DNA of 64,000 nucleotides, from positions 224,001 through 288,000 of the forward strand of contig CBDBZY010000031.1 of assembly GCA_965213685.1 (NCBI GenBank), in the 5' to 3' direction. Below are positions 57,218 through 64,000 of this stretch, in pieces (within the stretch, counting starts at the first letter, position 1; every line of letters starts with the position of its first letter). Below the pieces are notes generated by a model that made no database searches, was not told where the DNA came from, and saw only the letters and a list, made by a program, of their open reading frames with translations. The translations under genes and the position numbers were made by a program. This DNA is from a bacterium (GTDB lineage: Bacteria > UBA8248).

Positions 57218-59009
57218 TTCGGCGAAACCAGAGGGAGGAGAGGGGATGGTGAAGCGGAAGGTGGCGCCCCGGCCCGGCGCGCTCTCGACCCACACGTCCC
57301 CGCCCATCTCCTGCACAAGATGCTTCACGATGGAGAGTCCGAGGCCGGTGCCCCCGTTCTGCCGGGAGCGGGCCGAATCCACCCGGTAGAATCGCTCGAA
57401 TATACGTGGAAGGTGCTCGGGGGGGATTCCCTCTCCGCAGTCGGCCACCGAAACCTCGACGAATCCATCCGCGCGCCGATGGGCGGAAACCTTGATTTCG
57501 CCCCCCTCGGGGCTGTAGTGCACGGCGTTCTCCGCCAGGTTGATCAGAATCCTCTCCAGTGCCGCCGGGTCCGCCCAAACCTGATCCGCCTCCCCGGCAA
57601 ACGCCTCCTCCAGGCGAACGCCCCTCTGCTCGACGATGGGCGCCAGGGTATGCGCGGCGGCGTCCATCGCCCCGCGCAGGGAGGCCCTCTCGGGCTGAAC
57701 GTGCTCTTCTTTCGACTCTATCTTGCCCAGCTCCAGGAGGTCCTCCACCAGGGACGAGAGGCGGCGGGCGTGGCGGGTGATGGTCGAGGCGAACCGGCGC
57801 GTCGCCTCCGGGTCCGCCGACGCGGCGCCCTGAAGCGTCTCGGACGCCCACTGTATCGCCGTCAAAGGCGTGCGCAACTCGTGGGAGACGTTCGAGGTGA
57901 ACTCCCGCCGGACTCCGGCGAGTCGCTTGATCTCCGTGATGTCGTGAAACACAAGCACCAGGCCCGATTCATTTTCCGCCCGCTGCCGCTTGGCGTGCAG
58001 GGTCAGCGCGCGGGCGGGGAGAACTTCCACCTCCCGCTCCATCCGAGCCGCCGGGCGCGAGAGCATCTCCCGCACCGCCTCCTGCACCTCGGTGGAGCGC
58101 ACGGCCTCCAGGGGGATGGGCGCGCCATCCTCCAGGCGCGGGAGCGAGGGGAAGAAATCCCGGAACGCGGAGTTCACGAGGAGGATGTCTCCGGCGGCGT
58201 CCGTGACCATGACGCCCTCGGTCATCCCCTCCAGGATCGCCTCGAGGCGGTCGCGCTCGTAGCGCAGTTCGTTGAGGCGGGCCTCCACCTCCGAGGCGAG
58301 CCTGTCCATCGTCCGTGCGAGCGCTCCCAACTCGTCGGTGCGCCGGGAGGCGATCCGATGGCTGAAGTCGCCCCCGGAGATTTTCTCCACGGCGCCGTAG
58401 ATGTCGGCGAACTCCCGCCGCACGATCGCGCCCGCCCCGAAGCTGACCGCTATGGCGAGCAGGAACGCGAACGCTCCGGCCACGAGGAGGAGGCCCCGCA
58501 TCTTGCCGATCGCGCCCTCGATTTCCCGGAGATCCATCGCCAGGCGCACCACGCCCCCGGAAACCGGGCCCCCCCTCTATCGGAAGGGCGAGGTAGAGCA
58601 GGTCCCTGCCGACCGTCCGGCTGTGCCGGATGCGCGCGCCCATCCCCCGCGCCCGGGCCGCGACGACTTCGGGCCGGGCGGCGTAGCTCCCGGCCTCCCC
58701 GAACCCCTCGAGGGCGAGGGCGGAATCCCCGAGCAGGCGCCCCTCGGCAGAGATGACCGTCACCCGCACGCCGAGTGCGCGGCCGATCTCATCGGCGAGT
58801 CCATCCATCGGATGGCTCCCGAAACCCGCCGAAGGCAGCGCGACCAGCTGGCGACGGACGAGGCGGGCGTTGCGGGCGAGGTTCTCCTTCGCCTGTTCCA
58901 TCAACTGCGCGGAGAGGCCGAAATGGACGTAGACGATCCCCGCCGCGAACACCAGGGTGATGACCACCAGGTAGCTCGACGTCAGCTTCTTGTAGAAGGA
59001 CCTGCGCAT
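57203..59009 (-). pseudogene. phoR: Phosphate sensor kinase PhoR split by a +1 frameshift (real mutation or assembly error)
   Basis: Frame from 59009 gives TM1 and the sensor domain (RVTVISAEGRLLGDS, RPEV). Frame ending at 57203 gives VVRLA, TM2, HAMP, PAS, SNVSHELRTPL, NLAENA, RFYRVD, GTGLGL. The switch lies at the C5 (58554-58558) or C7 (58569-58575) run. Confidence 0.85.
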
Positions 59010-59041
59010 GCGCCGCGTTTCCCCCCAAGCGTCGGGGAGGG

Positions 59042-59737
59042 CTATTCTTCGGACATTTTCCGGAACCGGTATCCCACGCCCCGCAGCGTCTCTATCATCT
59101 CCCCCGCCAGGCCGAGCTTCTCGCGGAGGCGGCGGACATACGTGTCCACGGTGCGCGGGGTGACGAACTTGTCCTCTCCCCAGATCATGTCGAGCAATTC
59201 GTCGCGACTCCGGGCGTGCCCGGGGTGGGCCGCCAGGCGGTGCAAAAGGCGGAACTCCGTCGCCGTCAGGGGAATCGGGCGCCCGTCCACCGTCGCCTCA
59301 TGCTGTGCGGGGTCGATGGCGAGCGCACCGCGCCGGAGTGCCCTGCCCGCCGCCTCCGCCGACGCCCCGGAGCGCGCGAGCACGGCCTTCACCCGCAGGA
59401 TCACCTCCCGGATGTTGAAGGGCTTGGTCACGTAATCGTCCGCCCCCAGCTCGAAGCCGACGATGCGGTCCACCTCCTCGCCCTTGGCGGTCAGCATGAT
59501 GACGGCCAGGCGATCCAGGGAGGAGGCGCGCCGGATATAGCGGCAAATCTCCAGGCCGGACATGTCGGGCAACATCAGATCCAGAATCACCAGATGAATC
59601 GACTCCCCCTGGAGTGCCCGCAAGGCCTCCTCCCCGTCGGACGCGCCCACCGCGTCGAACCCCTCCGCGTCGAGGTTGTAGAGCAGCAGCTCGCGAATGT
59701 CGGACTCATCTTCCACAACGAGAATTCTTTGGGCCAA
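59042..59737 (-). CDS. phoB: OmpR-family response regulator PhoB
   Basis: ILVVEDE, LDLMLP, GADDYVTKPF, RTVDTYVRRLREK, TLRGVGY; TTG start 59737 after GAGAGGAAG; adjacent to phoR-pst. Confidence 0.92.
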   Translation of the reverse strand: MAQRILVVEDESDIRELLLYNLDAEGFDAVGASDGEEALRALQGESIHLVILDLMLPDMSGLEICRYIRRASSLDRLAVIMLTAKGEEVDRIVGFELGADDYVTKPFNIREVILRVKAVLARSGASAEAAGRALRRGALAIDPAQHEATVDGRPIPLTATEFRLLHRLAAHPGHARSRDELLDMIWGEDKFVTPRTVDTYVRRLREKLGLAGEMIETLRGVGYRFRKMSEE

Positions 59738-60020
59738 CTTCCTCTCTCCCGCACTCCGCCCGAGGGTGCCCCGTCCATCCGAACGATACTTTGTCCTCAT
59801 AATGAATTGCTCCCGCAAATTCAACCACGGGGAAAAAACGGGGAACCTCCGCGCCCGTCTCCGGATCGCATCCGGCAGGGGAGCGGGATAGCGGAGCGGC
59901 GGGGAGGCCGTCGGGTCTCCGACAGCCCTGCGAAACGGACGAATGGACGAACGGAGATTAAGATTTGAAAAATCATGGCCAGCCGTGCATAATACGCGAC
60001 AAAAGAAAAAATGTGCGCAC

Positions 60021-60049
60021 TTGAAAACGGGAGCGAACCCCTACATAAT
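60021..60049 (+). promoter_or_regulatory. Putative sigma70 promoter of the sugar-type ABC operon
   Basis: TTGAAA-N17-CATAAT. Confidence 0.55.
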
Positions 60050-60145
60050 GCGGGGTTCAGGGCACAAGCATTTGGCGGCGTCGCGCGTTGGTTTTTCGAT
60101 GACGATGTTCGCTTGAGCATCCGATTTCCAAAGGGGAAGTTCGCG

Positions 60146-61219
60146 GTGGCATCCATCACGCTTCGGGACCTGGTCAAGAAATTCGGCGAAAACGTCACCG
60201 CGGTCGCGGGCGTCAACCTCGAGGTGATTGACGGGGAGTTCATGGTGGTGGTCGGGCCCTCGGGCTGCGGAAAAACCACCACGCTCAACATGATCTCCGG
60301 GTTCGAGGAGCCCACGAGCGGCACGATATCGATAGGCGACCGCGTGGTGAACCACCTCGACCCCGGGGATCGCGGCCTGGGCATGGTGTTTCAGGATCTC
60401 GCCCTGTTTCCGCACATGAGCGTCTTCGAGAACATCGCCTTCGGTCTGCGCGTGGAGAAGGTGGCGGACGCGCAGGTGCGAGAGCGGGTCTCGACAGTCG
60501 CCCGTACCATGAAGATAGCCCATCTGCTCTCCAAGAAACCCGCCCAGTGCTCCGGAGGCGAAGCCCAGCGCGTGGCGCTGGCGCGAACGCTCGTGACCGA
60601 GCCGGAAGTGCTGCTCATGGACGAGCCGCTCTCCAGCCTCGACGCCAAGCTGCGCATCGAGATGCGAACGGAGCTCAAGCGCCTGCACGAGGAGCTGAAG
60701 TCCACCTTCGTCTACGTCACCCACGACCAGGCCGAGGCCATGACGATGGCGGACCGCATCATGGTCATGGAGAGCGGGCACGTCCAGCAGATCGACACGC
60801 CGCTCGGAATATACAGAAAACCGCTGAACCAGTTCGTCGGCACGTTCTTCGGCCAGCCGACGATGAACGTCATCTCCGGGCGCGTGGAGCGCGCCGGCGG
60901 AACGAAATTCGTGTCCGAGCATTTCAATATGCCCCTCGCACCGGACGCCGCGCCCGCAGCCGGCGCGGGACGGACGCTCCGCCTCGGGGTGCGCTCGGAA
61001 AACGTGACCATCGGGGGGGAGGGCGCGCCCGGCGAGGTCCGCCTCATCGAGCCGATGGGAGACGAAACGCTCATCTTCTTCTCCTGCGGGGATGAGGAGT
61101 TCCTCGTGGCCAAGGTGGACGCCGAGCGCGCGTTCCGTCCCGGCGAGAAAATCCGCTTTCACTTCCAGGCGAGCGGCATCCACTTTTTCGACGCCGAGAG
61201 CGGGTTGCGGCTGGAGTAG
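60146..61219 (+). CDS. CUT1 (MalK/UgpC-type) ABC ATP-binding protein
   Basis: GTG start after AGGGGAAG; GPSGCGKT, CSGGEAQR, DEPLSSLDAKLR, VTHDQ, HFFDAESG. Confidence 0.93.
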   Translation: MASITLRDLVKKFGENVTAVAGVNLEVIDGEFMVVVGPSGCGKTTTLNMISGFEEPTSGTISIGDRVVNHLDPGDRGLGMVFQDLALFPHMSVFENIAFGLRVEKVADAQVRERVSTVARTMKIAHLLSKKPAQCSGGEAQRVALARTLVTEPEVLLMDEPLSSLDAKLRIEMRTELKRLHEELKSTFVYVTHDQAEAMTMADRIMVMESGHVQQIDTPLGIYRKPLNQFVGTFFGQPTMNVISGRVERAGGTKFVSEHFNMPLAPDAAPAAGAGRTLRLGVRSENVTIGGEGAPGEVRLIEPMGDETLIFFSCGDEEFLVAKVDAERAFRPGEKIRFHFQASGIHFFDAESGLRLE

Positions 61220-61393
61220 GAGCAGGCTGGAATAGGATCAATCAAGGACCCGCGCGCCGCCTATACTATAAGGAGGAAGCGCAGGAACGCTGGCATGCCG
61301 AGAGGAGCAAACGGGACTCGAGGCTCTCGTGTTTGACCACGGCGATTACGGCACAAGTCATCGCCTTTCTTTCTCATGGAGGGAGGAATCAAG

Positions 61394-62857
61394 ATGAAGA
61401 GAACCTTTTTTGCAGCGCTGGTGCTGATGGGATTCGCGGCCTCCGTGGCTACCGCCCAGGTTCTGCCCGGGGCGACGGTCGAGGAGCGGGCCGTCAACGG
61501 CGCGAAGGCGTACATCAAGAAGCACAACCTGAAGGACCCGACCCAGGTCATGCTCCTGATTTCGCTCTTCAAGAACTCCCAGCCCAAATACTTGCGGCAA
61601 TGGGAGAAGCTCACCGGCATCAAGGTCAAGACCATCCAGTACGGCTACACCGACATTCCGGCCAAAATCATGGCGGAGGCCGTGGCGAAGACGGGGCAGT
61701 ACGACATCATCAACCACTTCCCCTACGTCATACCGGACGCCGTGGGCGCCGGCGTCCTGCAACCGCTCGACGCCTACATGGCCAAGGGCAAACCCGACTT
61801 CACGGGCATCGACTCCGGTCTGCTGGCACAGCAGACATACAAGGGGAAAACCTACTGGTTCATCCTGGACGGCGACCACATCGCCCTGTTCCTGCGCTCC
61901 GACATCATGAAGCTGGGCGCGGCCGAGTACAAGGCCAAGTTCGGCAAGGCGCCCGGCTGTCCGGACACGATGGCCGAGTGGGAGCAGATGGCCAAGTTCT
62001 TCCACACGAAAAAGGGGCAGACCCGCTGGGGCAAGAAATTCGACCAGCCGCTCTACGGCGCGCAGGCCTACCGGAGCATCAACTTCTCCTATCGGCATTT
62101 CCCGGCCTATATGGGCGGGCTGCTCTTCGACAAGAACATGAACCCGGTCATCAACACCCCGAACGGCATCCGGGCGATCAAGGAGTTCTCCTCCATCGTC
62201 CAGTACATGCCGCCCGACGTGCAGGGTTGGGGAACGCCGCAGCTGTATCCCCACTGGGCGAGCGGGCAGGCCTTCTCGTTCATGTCCTTCCCCTCGGCGA
62301 TGGGCTACGCCAACCGCAACCCGAAGAGCAAGATCAGCGGCCACCAGCTCGCCTGCCCGGTTCCGGCGGTCAAGACGGCGAGCGGCAAGATGGTGCGCCG
62401 CGCCCCGCAGGCGGCCGGCACCGGCTACATGGTGAACGCCCACGGCAAGCACCCCGAGCTCGCCTACTACTTCATCCAGTGGTTCACGGGCCCGACCAAG
62501 GGCGATGAGGCCATCGCCGATCCCAAGGGCTTCTGGGACCCGATGCGCACGTCGAACCTGACGAACAAGGCCGTGCTCGCCAAGCACACCGAGCCGTTCG
62601 TCAAGATGACGATGAAAAACGCGAAAAACGCCATTTCGCTGCTCATGATCGAGGGCAACTACGAGTACTTCAACGTGCTCGACAAGAACCTGGCCCAGGT
62701 CATGCAGGGCAACGCATCCGCCGAGCAGGCGGCGAAGAACATCGAGAAGGGCTGGAACCGCATCACCGACGACATCGGCAAGAAAGAGCAGACCAAGGCC
62801 TGGAGAGAGAGCGTCGCCAGCGGCGCCTACATCGACAAGTTCGCGCCGGGCAACTAG
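61394..62857 (+). CDS. CUT1 sugar-type ABC substrate-binding protein
   Basis: MKRTFF signal peptide after GGAGGAA; WEKLTGIKV, GQYDII, INTPNGIRA, HPELAYYFIQW. Confidence 0.88.
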   Translation: MKRTFFAALVLMGFAASVATAQVLPGATVEERAVNGAKAYIKKHNLKDPTQVMLLISLFKNSQPKYLRQWEKLTGIKVKTIQYGYTDIPAKIMAEAVAKTGQYDIINHFPYVIPDAVGAGVLQPLDAYMAKGKPDFTGIDSGLLAQQTYKGKTYWFILDGDHIALFLRSDIMKLGAAEYKAKFGKAPGCPDTMAEWEQMAKFFHTKKGQTRWGKKFDQPLYGAQAYRSINFSYRHFPAYMGGLLFDKNMNPVINTPNGIRAIKEFSSIVQYMPPDVQGWGTPQLYPHWASGQAFSFMSFPSAMGYANRNPKSKISGHQLACPVPAVKTASGKMVRRAPQAAGTGYMVNAHGKHPELAYYFIQWFTGPTKGDEAIADPKGFWDPMRTSNLTNKAVLAKHTEPFVKMTMKNAKNAISLLMIEGNYEYFNVLDKNLAQVMQGNASAEQAAKNIEKGWNRITDDIGKKEQTKAWRESVASGAYIDKFAPGN

Positions 62858-62876
62858 ACGCATCGCGCGCCCAGCA

Positions 62877-62915
62877 GCGCCCGGCCCCGGCGCCTCGCGC
62901 GCCGGGGCCGGGCGC
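62877..62915. other. Perfect 17-bp stem-loop after the binding-protein gene
   Basis: GCGCCCGGCCCCGGCGC-CTCGC-GCGCCGGGGCCGGGCGC. Confidence 0.7.
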
Positions 62916-62945
62916 GCCCCGCGCGGGCAGACGAAAGCAGAGAAA

Positions 62946-63896
62946 ATGGCCCAGGCACCGCCTACCAAACGAAAGAGCCTCTCCGCCTGGCTGGGACAGG
63001 AGAAGGTGTTCCGCCTGATCCCGTTCGTCATGGTGGAGGCCACTTTTCTCCTGCTCCTCGCCGTCCCCTTCATACTCACGATTTACATCAGCCTCCTCAA
63101 GTGGCGCGCCAACCGGCCCTTCGAGCAGGCGTATTTTCACGGCCTGTTGAACTATGTCCGCGTCCTCACCGATGAGGATTTCTGGTGGGCGCTCGGGCGG
63201 ACGTTCTATTTCGCGGGAACGGCGGTGCTCTTCGAGCTGGTGCTCGGCTTCCTGCTCGCCATGCTGGCCTACAAACAGTTCCGGGGCAGGCGATTTTACA
63301 TCACCATCTTCCTGATCCCCATGATGGTGGTTCCGGTCGTCGGCGGCTACAACTTCTCGATGATCTACATCGACTCCGGTCCCCTCAACCAGCTTCTCTC
63401 CCCGATCACCGAAGCCCTGGGCGTGGACCCGCGCATCCGCTGGCTCTCGCACCCCATCGCCGCGCAGTGGGCGATCATCCTCGCCGACGTGTGGCAGTGG
63501 ACGTCGCTGACGTTCCTGATCTTCCTCTCCGGCTTCACCGCACTGCCCCAGCAGCTCACCAACGCCGCGCGCATCCTGGGCGCAAGCCGGTGGCAGATAT
63601 TCTGGAAAGTCCATCTGCCGCTGCTCAAGCCCGCGATCATGATCGCCGTCATCATCCGCTCGATGGAGGCACTCAAACTCTTCGACCTCTCCGTGCTGCT
63701 CACCTTCGGCGGCCCGGGCACCTCCACGGAAACCATCGCCTTCTTCCTCTGGCGGCAGGTGTGGCAGTTCAACAAATACAGCTTCGGCGCGGCCGCGTCG
63801 GTCCTGCTGCTCTTCATGTTCGGGGGACTCATCTTCTATGGCATCTATCTGCTCGTCCGGGAGCGCACCATCGTCGAAGAGGAGCGCATGAGATGA
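62946..63896 (+). CDS. CUT1 ABC permease (MalF/UgpA-type)
   Basis: GLLNY, IPMMVVPVV, ADVWQWT, AARILGA, GGPGTSTET. Confidence 0.92.
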   Translation: MAQAPPTKRKSLSAWLGQEKVFRLIPFVMVEATFLLLLAVPFILTIYISLLKWRANRPFEQAYFHGLLNYVRVLTDEDFWWALGRTFYFAGTAVLFELVLGFLLAMLAYKQFRGRRFYITIFLIPMMVVPVVGGYNFSMIYIDSGPLNQLLSPITEALGVDPRIRWLSHPIAAQWAIILADVWQWTSLTFLIFLSGFTALPQQLTNAARILGASRWQIFWKVHLPLLKPAIMIAVIIRSMEALKLFDLSVLLTFGGPGTSTETIAFFLWRQVWQFNKYSFGAAASVLLLFMFGGLIFYGIYLLVRERTIVEEERMR

Positions 63897-64000
63897 CGAA
63901 AGACGCCGACGGGCGCGCGGAGATCTCCTTCGCCAAGCGCTACCGCCTCTTCTTCTGGTTCCGGCACGCCGCGCTGCTGACGTGGGCGAGCATGATCATG
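63893..64000 (+). CDS. Probable second CUT1 permease (MalG-type), runs off the window
   Basis: ATGA overlap with the previous stop; MTKDADGRAEISF...AALLTWASMIM hydrophobic start. Confidence 0.6.
   Translation, partial: MTKDADGRAEISFAKRYRLFFWFRHAALLTWASMIM

Noticed and set aside
23521-59737. 29 consecutive genes on the minus strand
   Set aside because: Explained by operon structure and ordinary strand bias.

Overview
GC-rich bacterial chromosomal segment, densely coding (about 53 genes). I saw no rRNA, tRNA, CRISPR array, prophage or transposase. It is dominated by nutrient uptake and small-molecule catabolism. In order: a partial fused TRAP permease; an Fbp/Afu-type ABC transporter with a DapA-like aldolase; a Baeyer-Villiger monooxygenase; a long amidase; a complete urtABCDE-ureABCEFGD urea cluster; an MmgE/PrpD protein; an Hsp20 with an AT-rich, operator-rich promoter; a probable 12-gene liv-LLM-transglutaminase-ALDH-tctCBA-MetE2 operon; a second tctCBA; a NitT/TauT ABC system; hydantoinase B/A with an aminobenzoate-CoA-ligase-like gene; phoB-phoR-pstSCAB-phoU (phoR broken by a +1 frameshift, pstS preceded by a Pho-box promoter); and the start of a sugar-type ABC operon. 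The best leads for undescribed biology are the orphan catabolic operons, several enzymes with altered active-site motifs, poly-lysine tails on periplasmic binding proteins, and a few regulatory elements. All functional calls come from motifs read by eye; no database search was run.
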